Shown: piece by piece, positions 52,673-62,259 of the stretch
How positions within the stretch are numbered: the stretch's first letter is position 1
How the letters are laid out: each line of letters begins with the position of its first letter
Origin: Candidatus Sulfobium sp.
GTDB lineage: Bacteria > Nitrospirota > Thermodesulfovibrionia > Thermodesulfovibrionales > UBA6898
Assembly (NCBI GenBank): GCA_037380845.1
Contig: JARRRI010000009.1
Coordinates: forward strand, 64,001 to 128,000
DNA: 64,000 nt
Direction: 5' to 3'
Made by a program: the position numbers and the translations under genes
The notes under the pieces: generated by a model
What the model was told of the DNA's origin: nothing
What the model saw: the letters and a program-made list of their open reading frames with translations, nothing else
Databases searched by the model: none

Positions 52673-52984
52673 ATGGCGAAGAAGAAGAACTGCTGGGAAG
52701 TAATGAAGTGCGGCAGAGAGCCCGGCGGAAAAAACGCCAGAGAACTCGGCATATGTCCCGCGGCTTCAGACAAGAGGCTGGGGGGCGTGCATGGCGGAGA
52801 AAAAGCCGGAAGGGCCTGCTGGGTGATCGCCGGCACCTTCTGCGACGGTCTTGTGCAGGGTACTTTCGCCCAGAAATACCAGGACTGCTCCGTCTGCGAG
52901 TTTTACAGGCTGGTCAGAAAGGAGGAAGGCACCAGGTACCGAACCTCCCTCGATCTCCTGAAGAAGCTGAAAGTTCTGAAATAG
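52673..52984 (+). CDS. Small Cys-rich two-CW-motif protein
   Basis: NCWEVMKCGRE, CPA, RACWVIAGTFC, CSVCEFY; AGGAG RBS and extended -10 TGaTAGAAT. Confidence 0.78.
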   Translation: MAKKKNCWEVMKCGREPGGKNARELGICPAASDKRLGGVHGGEKAGRACWVIAGTFCDGLVQGTFAQKYQDCSVCEFYRLVRKEEGTRYRTSLDLLKKLKVLK

Positions 52985-53034
52985 GGTTCCGCCGCAATGA
53001 CTCACAACCGGATTCCCGCAAGTGAAACGCCTCA

Positions 53035-53946
53035 CTAGTCTATCATGATGCAGTTGCGGCCTGATACTTTTCCCCGATACATTAGACGGTCTGCCCGTTT
53101 AATCAATCCTTCGGGACTGTCGTTCATCCGCGATATGGTCGCACCGATCGAGATAGTAACGTCGATCAGTTTATTCTCGAAAAAAGGTTTCGACTGTTCC
53201 ACGAGCTTGCGGAGTTTCTCCGCCAATTTACCCAGGGCGACTTCTTCTATATTCGCGATGAATGCAACGAATTCTTCGCCGCCCCACCTGGTTACCACGT
53301 CTGATGATCTCATGCCGTTTTGTAATGTTTTGGCTACCATCCTCAGCAGCTTGTCTCCCATGTCGTGTCCGTAACTGTCATTGATTCTCTTGAAATTATC
53401 AATATCCATAAAAAGTACGCCGAATCTCCATCCGTATCTGTTAAATTCGTCCAGCCTGGTGCGAAGAGTTAATTCGGCATATCTCCTGTTGCCTATCTCG
53501 GTAAGTTGATCAAGCAATGCCAGTCTCTGCAGTTCCTTAACTTTCTGCGCCAGGGTAACCCTGGGAGAGTTGTCGCTGAATATTTCCACTGCCCCGATAA
53601 TCCGCCCTTCGCCGTCCTTGATGGGGCTGGCCCGGACCATGACGGGTACCCTGTGCCCATCCTTATGTTTGAGATACACTTCCTGCTCCAGTGTCACGTC
53701 TTCCTTCATCGACTTGACAAGCGGGCACAGTCCCCGGCAAAGGTTCCTCCCCTGCTGGTCAACGTGCATGAGAATGTTATCCCAACAGTGCTTTCCAACG
53801 ATCTCGGAACCGCTGTATCCCGTCAGAAGTTCCGCGCTCCTGTTCCAATATTTGATCGTTCTGTCTTCATCGATAAAATACACGCCGTCATAAAGGTTGT
53901 CCAGAAGGCCCTTGTAGAACTGGTCCGATCTGCCCATCAATTTCAT
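53035..53946 (-). CDS. PAS-GGDEF diguanylate cyclase
   Basis: PAS domain (YWNRSAELLTGY); DIDNFKRINDSYGH; RSSD I-site and RWGGEEF active site. Confidence 0.93.
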   Translation of the reverse strand: MKLMGRSDQFYKGLLDNLYDGVYFIDEDRTIKYWNRSAELLTGYSGSEIVGKHCWDNILMHVDQQGRNLCRGLCPLVKSMKEDVTLEQEVYLKHKDGHRVPVMVRASPIKDGEGRIIGAVEIFSDNSPRVTLAQKVKELQRLALLDQLTEIGNRRYAELTLRTRLDEFNRYGWRFGVLFMDIDNFKRINDSYGHDMGDKLLRMVAKTLQNGMRSSDVVTRWGGEEFVAFIANIEEVALGKLAEKLRKLVEQSKPFFENKLIDVTISIGATISRMNDSPEGLIKRADRLMYRGKVSGRNCIMID

Positions 53947-53985
53947 TCTATTAGTTTAGCGGAAATTGAGCAATCGCGGGCGCGA

Positions 53986-54567
53986 TTATGACGAGAGCTT
54001 GCCGTTGATGAGGGCCGCTATGGCGGTGACGTCCTCCGGGGAAAAGGGCGGTTTTATCTTCGATCTCTTGGCATCGATCATTTCACTTACAAATTCAACG
54101 ATTTCCAGCACAGCCATGTCCGGGAGTTTCAGCCCCCGGAGCGTTTTCTCCGTCCCGGTCATTTCGTAAACCGACTCCAGAATCTCCTCAAGATCTTCAA
54201 CCGCAAGGTGAAGCCGAAAAGGATCGAGTGCGGCGGTGCCGATGGATATCTTGCCTTCGGAAGGAGAAAAAGAGAACTTCCATGTGCCGACTTCCTTGAG
54301 TGTAACCCGGTCCGAGGGATGAAAGGAGGACCGCCTCGCCCGCGGCTTTTCCGCTATCGCCCTCTTCACGGAAGACGAAGGGCTTGCAGACGGGATGTCC
54401 GGGACTGAAAAGGAATCGCCGAAGGGGTCGACACCGAGCCGTTCTTCATCTGCCGACTCCGCTTCAGCAGGATCGGAAGAAATGAAGACAGACCGATCGA
54501 AACCACATGTGCAGAGAGCGGCGTCTTCGACATTCGTGAATCCACATTCGGGACAGATCCATCCCAT
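53986..54567 (-). CDS. Hypothetical protein with an N-terminal zinc ribbon
   Basis: MGWICPECGFTN...CTCG after a GGAGGAGG RBS. Confidence 0.68.
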   Translation of the reverse strand: MGWICPECGFTNVEDAALCTCGFDRSVFISSDPAEAESADEERLGVDPFGDSFSVPDIPSASPSSSVKRAIAEKPRARRSSFHPSDRVTLKEVGTWKFSFSPSEGKISIGTAALDPFRLHLAVEDLEEILESVYEMTGTEKTLRGLKLPDMAVLEIVEFVSEMIDAKRSKIKPPFSPEDVTAIAALINGKLSS

Positions 54568-54684
54568 ATAATTCCTCCTCCTTTCATCCCCGGCCTTGAG
54601 GGGGAAAAAGGTTCTCATTCATAGTCTCCCAATATCCTGCATAAAAAGCTGTGACTCAGATCACAAAGAAAAAAAGTTAAGGCC

Positions 54685-55464
54685 TTAATGGACCTCGATA
54701 TGATACCGGTCGTTGAAAAGATCCACCACCCCCAGAAGTTCCGGGGTAAGGATAGCCCGCACTTCCCGCAATATGCGGGAAGGGATTCTTCTATAGTATG
54801 CCTGGGCGACTCCGCCGGCTATGCACGCCATGGTGTCACTGTCCCCGCCGAGCGATACTGCGTTTCTCACCGCACCCTCGTAATCATCGGACTCAAGGAA
54901 AGCCGTGATCGACTGCGGCACGGAACCGGGGCATGTCGGGTCAAACATATAGCCTGGCCTGATCTCTGCCAGCGTGGGGCCGAGGTCATAGCCGAAATTT
55001 TCCTCCACATATCTCTTTATCTCGTCCTTGTCCCCGCCCTGCCCGGCCAGGAATATCGCAGCGGCAGTAGCCTGAGCGCCCTTTATGCCCTCGGGATGGT
55101 TGTGCGTAACCTCCGCGCTTCTCCGGGCCTCGCGCAGCACCTCGTCCAGAGACCCGAAGGCAAAGCCGACAGGACTTACCCTCATGGCGGAACCATTGCC
55201 GAGACTGTTGTAGGGACCGAGGCTGTCGGAGCGGACCCACCGCCTGAACATGCCGCCGTATCCTGCATGGGGATATCTTCTGCCATACTCTCTGAAGGTT
55301 GATGCATAGTCCTTGTTATTCAGCAGGCAATCGGCCACCGCCACGGTCAAAACCGTATCATCGGTGAACCTTGACCCGGGCCCGAAGAGCTCAAAATCCT
55401 TCGTCTTTATCGCATGGGCCTCGTAGACAGAGCCTATGATGTCCCCGGCTACCGCTCCGATCAT
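54685..55464 (-). CDS. ADP-ribosylglycohydrolase family (DraG-like)
   Basis: GAVAGDIIGS, FTDDT, GNGSAMRVSP, THNHP, GGDSDT. Confidence 0.9.
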   Translation of the reverse strand: MIGAVAGDIIGSVYEAHAIKTKDFELFGPGSRFTDDTVLTVAVADCLLNNKDYASTFREYGRRYPHAGYGGMFRRWVRSDSLGPYNSLGNGSAMRVSPVGFAFGSLDEVLREARRSAEVTHNHPEGIKGAQATAAAIFLAGQGGDKDEIKRYVEENFGYDLGPTLAEIRPGYMFDPTCPGSVPQSITAFLESDDYEGAVRNAVSLGGDSDTMACIAGGVAQAYYRRIPSRILREVRAILTPELLGVVDLFNDRYHIEVH

Positions 55465-56129
55465 TTCCCTGGCCGCCGAAGGGGTATAATCCTGCCCTGC
55501 CTGATCGTCAGCTGGTCGTCCGCCAGCCTCCCCGCCTGTGCGACATCATGGGTGGTCATGACAACTGTGGGTCCCTCCCGTTCTTTCATGCGGAAGATCA
55601 ACTCTTCTATGAAACTGCTGTTTTTGTGGTCCACCGAAGCAGTGGGTTCGTCGAGAAAAAGCATTTCCGGTTCGGTCACCATGGCCCTCGCCATACTCAG
55701 CCTCTGCCCCTCGCCGCTTGAGAGGGTCAGGGCGTTCTGTTTTCTCTTGTCTGCCAGTCCGAATGACTCCAGACAACGGTCGACCCTCTCTGCGATCTCA
55801 CTCTTCTTTACCCCCCTTACCTTAAGTCCGTAAGCCATATTTCCGAAAACAGACGAGTTGAAAATTCCGGCCTTCGGAAGCACCAGGGTTATCCTCCTTT
55901 TCAGCGCGATATCCTTTCCCAGGCTAAGGCCGTCGTTCAGGTAATTTATATTTCCCCTGTCCGGTTCTTCAAGGAGTGCGCAGAGCCTCAGAAAGGTGGA
56001 CTTTCCGCTTCCATTGGGACCCGTCAGCACATAAACGCCCCTCCTGTCAAAGGAAACGTTGCAGCCCCGCAAAACATCACTCCCGGGGTATGCCTTCCAG
56101 AGGTCCTCGATCTTTAAGACAAGCGCCAT
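55461..56129 (-). CDS. tupC: Tungstate ABC transporter ATPase
   Basis: GPNGSGKS, LSSGEGQR, FLDEPTASVD, TTHD; follows tupB. Confidence 0.8.
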   Translation of the reverse strand: MALVLKIEDLWKAYPGSDVLRGCNVSFDRRGVYVLTGPNGSGKSTFLRLCALLEEPDRGNINYLNDGLSLGKDIALKRRITLVLPKAGIFNSSVFGNMAYGLKVRGVKKSEIAERVDRCLESFGLADKRKQNALTLSSGEGQRLSMARAMVTEPEMLFLDEPTASVDHKNSSFIEELIFRMKEREGPTVVMTTHDVAQAGRLADDQLTIRQGRIIPLRRPGK

Positions 56130-56821
56130 CTGTCGCCTTTTTTCTGCATCATGTAAAGGGCCAGATTAATGATCATGGATATGAAGAGCAGGACGATCCC
56201 CAGGGCAAGGGCGAGTTCGAAATTGCCCTTGTCCGTCTCCAGCGCTATGGTGGTGGTCATGACACGGGTATAACCGGCTATATTGCCGCCGACTATGAGT
56301 ATGGCTCCCACCTCGGCCATAACCCTCCCGAAGCCCGCAATGAGTGCCGACATGATGCCGTACCGGGCCTCCCTTACGACCGTGACCGTGGTCTGAAACT
56401 GCGTGGCGCCCAGGGTTCTTGCGGCCTGGCTTATGATGGGGTCCACGTTCACAATTGCCGAATGGGAGAGGGCCGCCACTATCGGGAGGGCGAGGACCGT
56501 CTGGGCGGCGATCATTGCACCGGGAGTATAGAGAAGCCCCATGAAACCCATCGGACCGCTTCTGGAAAGGACGAGATAGAGAAACAGTCCCACCACCACA
56601 GGCGGAAGGCCCATCATTGTATTCATCACGCTGATCATTAGCCCTTTGGCCCTCATTCTCTTCAGCGCAATGACAGCTCCGAGAGGAAGCCCCAGCACCG
56701 TCGAGATGATCAGCGCCCACCCGGAGACCTTGAGTGAGAGAAGAATTATCCTCAGAAGTACCGGATCCAGGCTGAATATAATTGAGAAGGCATGGCCGAA
56801 AGCCTGAATCAGGTAGTGCAT
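56114..56821 (-). CDS. tupB: Tungstate ABC transporter permease
   Basis: MGLPPVVVGL, SRSGPMG, FGRVMAEVGA, GGNIAGYTRVMTTTIAL. Confidence 0.9.
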   Translation of the reverse strand: MHYLIQAFGHAFSIIFSLDPVLLRIILLSLKVSGWALIISTVLGLPLGAVIALKRMRAKGLMISVMNTMMGLPPVVVGLFLYLVLSRSGPMGFMGLLYTPGAMIAAQTVLALPIVAALSHSAIVNVDPIISQAARTLGATQFQTTVTVVREARYGIMSALIAGFGRVMAEVGAILIVGGNIAGYTRVMTTTIALETDKGNFELALALGIVLLFISMIINLALYMMQKKGDRWRLS

Positions 56822-56869
56822 GGTATCAACGCTGCGGAGATTGACTCCAACTTCGGCGCGTAATATTCC

Positions 56870-57700
56870 TCACTTGGCATCGGGGAAGAAAAGCTCCTCC
56901 CCTTTTCTCTTATACGACGCAATAATCTTCTGCCCCTTTTTTGATATGAGCCAGTTCACGAACTTCATGGCCTCTTTGTATTTTACATGTTTATGCCTCG
57001 CCGGGTTCACCGCCATGACGCCGTATTGATTGAACAGCGCAGGGTCTCCCTGAAGAAGGATAGCCATATCCAGCCTGTCTTTGTCCATTGTGGCAAGCCA
57101 CGTCCCCCTGTCCGTGAGCGTATAGGCCCTCTTCTCACTGGCGATCCTCTCTGTTTTTTCCATGCCCTGGCCAACTTCGAGGTACCATTTCCGGTCCTTC
57201 GGGTTTACCCCCGCCTTTTTCCATATCGCCAGCTCTTTTATGTTCGTGCCGGACCTGTCCCCGCGGGAGACGAAAGTATAACCACCTTCTGCTATCTTTT
57301 TGAACGCAACTGCCGCCGACTTCAGGCCCTTTATGCCGGCGGGGTCTCCGGGCGGGCCGATGATAACGAAGTCATTGTACATGACGTCGTGACGGTTCAC
57401 GAAGTAGCCTTCCTTCACCGCCTTCAGCTCGAGCTGCCTGGCGTGAACGAATACCACATCGGCGTCGCCTCTCTTTCCGATCTCGATGGCCGCCCCGGTG
57501 CCGACCGCGACGACATCGACCGTTATCCCCGTCTGCTTCTTGAAGATCGGCAGGATGTAGTCAAAGAGACCTGAATTCTGTGTGCTCGTCGTCGACGCAC
57601 ACCGTATCCTTGTTTCTGCTGAGACGCTGATTGCAGGCGATACCGTTACGAAAGACACTGAAAGAATGGCAATGATAAGGACCAGCGTTTTGAAGCGCAT
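56870..57700 (-). CDS. tupA: Tungstate-binding periplasmic protein
   Basis: Signal peptide MRFKTLVL; ASTTSTQNSGL, VGTGAA, GDADVVFVH, SRGDRSGT, YTLTDRGT, NQYGV. Confidence 0.9.
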   Translation of the reverse strand: MRFKTLVLIIAILSVSFVTVSPAISVSAETRIRCASTTSTQNSGLFDYILPIFKKQTGITVDVVAVGTGAAIEIGKRGDADVVFVHARQLELKAVKEGYFVNRHDVMYNDFVIIGPPGDPAGIKGLKSAAVAFKKIAEGGYTFVSRGDRSGTNIKELAIWKKAGVNPKDRKWYLEVGQGMEKTERIASEKRAYTLTDRGTWLATMDKDRLDMAILLQGDPALFNQYGVMAVNPARHKHVKYKEAMKFVNWLISKKGQKIIASYKRKGEELFFPDAK

Positions 57701-57728
57701 GCTTTTTCCTCCTGGGCTTCCGGTTTTT

Positions 57729-58517
57729 TTACTTTTCGGATGAAGCAACTGACGGGACGGCATCCGGATAAAAAAGGCGGGAACCATGCCTGACGTATTT
57801 CGCGATCACTTTCTGCCCTTCGGCCGATGTCACAAAAGCGATGAAGTCCATGGCCTCCCGGTATCTGACGCCGGGAAATTTGCCGGGGTTGACGGCTATC
57901 GCGCTGTAAGGATTCATCATCAGCGGTTCTTCGCCGTCAAGGAGGACCTTTATCTTCAGCCGTGGCTCAAAGTTGAGAAAGGTCCCGGCATCCGAGAGAG
58001 TATATGCTTTCTTCCGACTGGCGATAAGAAGGGTATCGCCCATCTTGCCGCCGGTCTCAAAATACCAGCCCTTACCCCTGGGATTGATGCCGGCGGCCTC
58101 CCAGAGGTCCAGCTCCTTTATGTTGGTCCCGGAATCATCGCCCCGGGAAGCAAAGGGCGCCCCTGTTTCGGCGATCAGTTCAAACGCCTCCACCGCCCTT
58201 TTTGTATCGCCGACACGGGCCGGATCCTCAGCAGGCCCGAGTATGACAAAATGGTTATGCATCACCCGCCTCCTGTTGACACCATACCCTTCGGCCACGA
58301 ACTTTTCTTCTCTGAAAGGATCGTGCACGAAGAGCATATCCGCCCCTCCCTTTTTGGCTGTCCGCATGGCCTCACCGGTGCCGACGGCGATTACCTCGAC
58401 TTTTACATTGTAGCAGGTCGACTTCTCATATGCGGGGAGCAGCAGATCGAAGAGTCCCGAATTCTGGGTGCTCGTAGTAGAAGCTATAACGAGCTTCACC
58501 TTCCTGGTCGTCGCCAT
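57729..58517 (-). CDS. TupA paralogue without a signal peptide
   Basis: ASTTSTQNSGL at residue 11, VGTGEA, SRGDDSGT, YTLSDAGT, NPYS; in-frame TGA 11 codons upstream of the ATG. Confidence 0.85.
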   Translation of the reverse strand: MATTRKVKLVIASTTSTQNSGLFDLLLPAYEKSTCYNVKVEVIAVGTGEAMRTAKKGGADMLFVHDPFREEKFVAEGYGVNRRRVMHNHFVILGPAEDPARVGDTKRAVEAFELIAETGAPFASRGDDSGTNIKELDLWEAAGINPRGKGWYFETGGKMGDTLLIASRKKAYTLSDAGTFLNFEPRLKIKVLLDGEEPLMMNPYSAIAVNPGKFPGVRYREAMDFIAFVTSAEGQKVIAKYVRHGSRLFYPDAVPSVASSEK

Positions 58518-58522
58518 ATTTA

Positions 58523-58551
58523 AAGATAGTATCCGCGCCCCCGGAAGTCAA
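58523..58551 (-). promoter_or_regulatory. sigma70-type promoter of the tup operon (probably leaderless)
   Basis: TTGACT-17-TATCTT ending 5 nt before ATG 58517. Confidence 0.55.
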
Positions 58552-58561
58552 ATTCTATTCT

Positions 58562-58578
58562 TTCATCACACTGATGAA
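58562..58578. promoter_or_regulatory. Inverted repeat, candidate LysR operator
   Basis: TTCATCA-CAC-TGATGAA, between the two divergent promoters. Confidence 0.55.
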
Positions 58579-58601
58579 TTATTTTCATCTTATGCCTCTG
58601 A

Positions 58602-58630
58602 TTGACACGTTAACCGGCCCTTCATAGAAT
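58602..58630 (+). promoter_or_regulatory. sigma70-type promoter of lysR (probably leaderless)
   Basis: TTGACA-17-TAGAAT ending 7 nt before ATG 58638. Confidence 0.65.
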
Positions 58631-58637
58631 ATTGCCT

Positions 58638-59546
58638 ATGGAAGACCACAGACTGCGGGCATTTTGCCTTGTTTTTGAGATGAGGAGCTTCTCGAAGGCA
58701 GCGGAGGCGATATTCCTCACCCAGTCCGCAGTAAGTCACCTGATCAGGAATCTGGAGGATGAACTGGGCGCCGCCCTCCTCATCCGGAGAGGGAAAACAG
58801 TCAGCCCGACACCCGCGGGAAGACTTTTCTATGCATATGCAAAACGCATTATGGCCCAATATCAGGAGATGGAGTCCGAAATCCGTAACCGGATCGGCAG
58901 CGTCAGGGGACCGCTCCATATTGGAGCAACTCCCACCATCGCGGCCTATCTGCTCCCGCAGGTCTTTTACGGTTTTTCGAGGCAGTATCCCGGGGTGATG
59001 ATAGAACTTTCAGATATGAATTCGGAAAAGATCGTTGCGCACCTGTTGGAAGGCAGGCTGGAGATAGGTTTTCTGGACGCAGGCACCGGGCACCCTTCCC
59101 TCTCCGCGGAAGCCATAGCAGAGGACGAGATCGTCCTCATCGCTTCCGACGACAATCCGCTCGCAAAGACGGGCAGCCCCGGACCCGGAGACCTCGCTTC
59201 ACAACCCTTCATACTGCCGGAGCCGGGTTCGGCCACCAGGGAATTTATCGAAGGTCTTCTGAAGGAACTGGGCATAGCGCCCAGGAAACTGAAGATACCG
59301 ATGATACTCGGCAATCCGGAGTTGACGGTAGCGATGGTCCAGTCAGGGGTCGGCATATCATTTGTCTCCCGCTGGGCTGCAAAGAAGGCCCTTCTGGACG
59401 GTTCGGTAAGATGCGTGGAAATCCCGGGCAGAAGGAGAAGGAGAAACTTCTACCTCGTCTTCGCCGGGAAGGAGCCGTCGACGGCCCCGGCCTCCGCCTT
59501 CAGGAATTTCGTCAGGGGATTCAACTTCTTCACCCCCTATTATTAA
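58638..59546 (+). CDS. LysR family transcriptional regulator
   Basis: SFSKAAEAIFLTQSAVSHLIRNLEDELG, TPAGRLFY, GSATR. Confidence 0.93.
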   Translation: MEDHRLRAFCLVFEMRSFSKAAEAIFLTQSAVSHLIRNLEDELGAALLIRRGKTVSPTPAGRLFYAYAKRIMAQYQEMESEIRNRIGSVRGPLHIGATPTIAAYLLPQVFYGFSRQYPGVMIELSDMNSEKIVAHLLEGRLEIGFLDAGTGHPSLSAEAIAEDEIVLIASDDNPLAKTGSPGPGDLASQPFILPEPGSATREFIEGLLKELGIAPRKLKIPMILGNPELTVAMVQSGVGISFVSRWAAKKALLDGSVRCVEIPGRRRRRNFYLVFAGKEPSTAPASAFRNFVRGFNFFTPYY

Positions 59547-59548
59547 CC

Positions 59549-60757
59549 TCAGATCTTATCCAGTGCCTGTTTGAGGTCGGCGATCAGGTCTTCCTCATCC
59601 TCAAGCCCCAGTGCCAGCCTCACGAGGTTGTCCACCATCCCTATATTCTGACGATACTGCTCGGGGTAATCGAAGAAAGACATGGTCGACATCTGCGTCA
59701 CGAGGCTTTCGCTGCCCCCCAGGCTCGGGGTAACCAGGAAAAGCTCAAGGGCGTCGATAAACTTCCTCGTCTCCGCGTTTCCGCCTTTGACAAGAAAGCT
59801 GATGACGCTGCCGAAGCCCTTCATCTGCTCCATTCCGGTTTTATAGTCAGGGTGCGATGACAGGGCCGGATACCATACTTTCTCGATCTTCGGGTGGGCC
59901 TCGAGCATCTCTGCTACTGCACGGCCGGCCTTATTGTGGTGCTCCATGCGCATGCCGAAGGTCTTGAGGCCCCGCTCCAACAGGAAGCAGGTGAACGGGC
60001 CGGGCGTTGCGCCGATCATGCGCTGCATCTTGTAACAGTCGGTCATAAGTGCCGTAGAGCCCAGGGCCACGCCGGCCATCAGGTCGTTATGGCCGCCCTG
60101 ATACTTGGTGGAAGAGTGGATGACGATGTCCACACCCAGGGCGAGGGGCTTGATATTGTAAGGAGTTGCCAGGGTGGCGTCGATGATCGTCATAATATTT
60201 CGCGCCCTGGCCACCTGCACGACGGCCGGGATGTTGAGCACACGCAGGTAGGGGTTTGTCGGAGATTCCGTGAAGATGATGTTCGTGTTCGGCCTGATGG
60301 CTGCCTCTATCGCCGCGGCCGAGGGGTCCACGATAGAATGTTCCACGCCGAACTTGCCGAGGAAATTCGTAGCGAAGTCCCTGGTTTGGCGGTAGCAGTC
60401 ACCCGTGAAGATTATATGGCCCCCGGGCTTCATGAAGGTCATGATCGTGAGCAGCACCGCTGCCATGCCCGAGGAAAAGAGGACCGCCTTCTCCGCACCC
60501 TCAATGGCGGCCAGCTTGCGCTCGGCCTCCTGTTGGGTAGGGTTGCCGTAGCGGGCGTACTCGTGCTCGCGGATCACCTTGCCCTGGCCCTTGGACCGCA
60601 TGAATTCTTCAACCTCGTCGGCTGTGTCGAAGTAGTAGTTGGAGGTCTGGACGATAGGCGTCGAGACGGCGTGGTACGGCTTGGGGACGCGGCCCTCGCC
60701 GTGGATGGCTAGTGTGGCAGGATGCCAGTTCAGGGGACCCGACGGCTTCTTAGACAT
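59549..60757 (-). CDS. metB: Cystathionine gamma-synthase (Cys/Met PLP family), plant-like
   Basis: [50 protein letters not shown]. Confidence 0.82.
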   Translation of the reverse strand: MSKKPSGPLNWHPATLAIHGEGRVPKPYHAVSTPIVQTSNYYFDTADEVEEFMRSKGQGKVIREHEYARYGNPTQQEAERKLAAIEGAEKAVLFSSGMAAVLLTIMTFMKPGGHIIFTGDCYRQTRDFATNFLGKFGVEHSIVDPSAAAIEAAIRPNTNIIFTESPTNPYLRVLNIPAVVQVARARNIMTIIDATLATPYNIKPLALGVDIVIHSSTKYQGGHNDLMAGVALGSTALMTDCYKMQRMIGATPGPFTCFLLERGLKTFGMRMEHHNKAGRAVAEMLEAHPKIEKVWYPALSSHPDYKTGMEQMKGFGSVISFLVKGGNAETRKFIDALELFLVTPSLGGSESLVTQMSTMSFFDYPEQYRQNIGMVDNLVRLALGLEDEEDLIADLKQALDKI

Positions 60758-62105
60758 TCTCCCCTCTCCTCTTTTTTAGCGCATCGTTAAGCGCCTTTTT
60801 TACGGCATCGACTGTAGGGGGTAGCTCGATAGGCTTGTTTGCATATGCGCAGGGGAAGTCGAGCGCCTCCTCGTGATACTTGACCTTAAAGTCTGTGAAC
60901 TTCAGTCCGTGGGCGGTGGATATGACCACCACGTGCTCGGATTTATCTATCTTCCCGGCCTTAATCAGTTTTATCAGTGCAGCCAGCGCCACCCCGGTAT
61001 GGGGGCAGTTGAACATGCCGGTAGTATCACCGAGTGCGGCCGCATCCGCCAGTTCCTGCTCCGTTGCCTGTTCGACAATACCCTTGAACTGCTTCAGTGT
61101 GAGGATGGCCTTCCGGATACTGACCGGGTTTCCGATCTGGATCGCGCTTGCCAGTGTCTTTTGCGCCTCCATCGGCTCGAAGGACTCGAAGTGCTTCAGA
61201 TATGAGCGGTAGAGAGGATTGGCGCGCTCGGCCTGGGCCACAACAATGCGCGGCAGCTTCGAGATCAGTCCAAGGTCTCTCATCATGAGCATGCCGCTGC
61301 CGAGCGCTGATACGTTTCCAAGATTGCCCCCCGGGATGATGATCACGTCGGGGACCGCCCAGTCAAACTGCTGAACGATTTCTATGCCGACGGTCTTTTG
61401 TCCTTCGATGCGAAGGGAATTCATGGAATTCGCCAGGTAGATCGTCTCATCCTCCGTGATCTCCTTTACGATCCGCATGCAGCCGTCGAAGTCGGTGTCC
61501 AGAGACAGCACCAGCGCCCCGTTTGCAATCGGCTGCACCAGCTGGGCAATCGATATCTTTCCCTTGGGCAGGAGCACGACCGACTGAATGCCCGCTGCCG
61601 CGCAATAGACCGCCAGGGCGGCCGAAGTGTCGCCGGTTGAGGCGCAGGCAACGGCCTGGATCGCCGCTCCCTCGCTGATCATCTGCTTCACCTGAGATAC
61701 GAGGACGGTCATGCCAAGGTCTTTGAAGGAGCCGCTGTGGGAGTTGCCGCAGAGCTTGATCCAGAGATTGTCAAGACCGATCATCTTCCCGAACCGCTCT
61801 GCCCAGAAGAGGTTTGTACCGCCTTCGTAAAGAGAGACGATGTTGTCGTTATTTATCTGAGGGAGTATCCATTCCTTCTTGCCCCACACCCCGGAGCCGT
61901 ACGGCCACTCGGTGGATTTGTAACGGTCTTCGAAGAGCTTCATCCATGCCTTTGCATCGCGGCGGGCAAGGGCGTCCGTGTCATGACGTACGCCGAGTAG
62001 AGAACCGCAGTTCCTGCATCGATAAATGACCGAGTTCAGCGGATAGGTGGCCCGGCATTCTTCATTGATGCATTGAAACCAGGCTTTATACAAATCAGAA
62101 TCCAT
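60750..62105 (-). CDS. thrC: Threonine synthase, plant-like
   Basis: [56 protein letters not shown]. Confidence 0.93.
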   Translation of the reverse strand: MDSDLYKAWFQCINEECRATYPLNSVIYRCRNCGSLLGVRHDTDALARRDAKAWMKLFEDRYKSTEWPYGSGVWGKKEWILPQINNDNIVSLYEGGTNLFWAERFGKMIGLDNLWIKLCGNSHSGSFKDLGMTVLVSQVKQMISEGAAIQAVACASTGDTSAALAVYCAAAGIQSVVLLPKGKISIAQLVQPIANGALVLSLDTDFDGCMRIVKEITEDETIYLANSMNSLRIEGQKTVGIEIVQQFDWAVPDVIIIPGGNLGNVSALGSGMLMMRDLGLISKLPRIVVAQAERANPLYRSYLKHFESFEPMEAQKTLASAIQIGNPVSIRKAILTLKQFKGIVEQATEQELADAAALGDTTGMFNCPHTGVALAALIKLIKAGKIDKSEHVVVISTAHGLKFTDFKVKYHEEALDFPCAYANKPIELPPTVDAVKKALNDALKKRRGENV

Positions 62106-62259
62106 TATCTCTCGTTATAGAAATGTCTTTTGATCGTACATGAAACACTGTTTCACGGCCGATTATCTTCATACACCAGTAAGAGAATATCATAACGAAA
62201 CGTCGTGGATCAATGCAAATACATGCCCGCAACAGTCGTTTCAAAAATCCGCACCAGCT

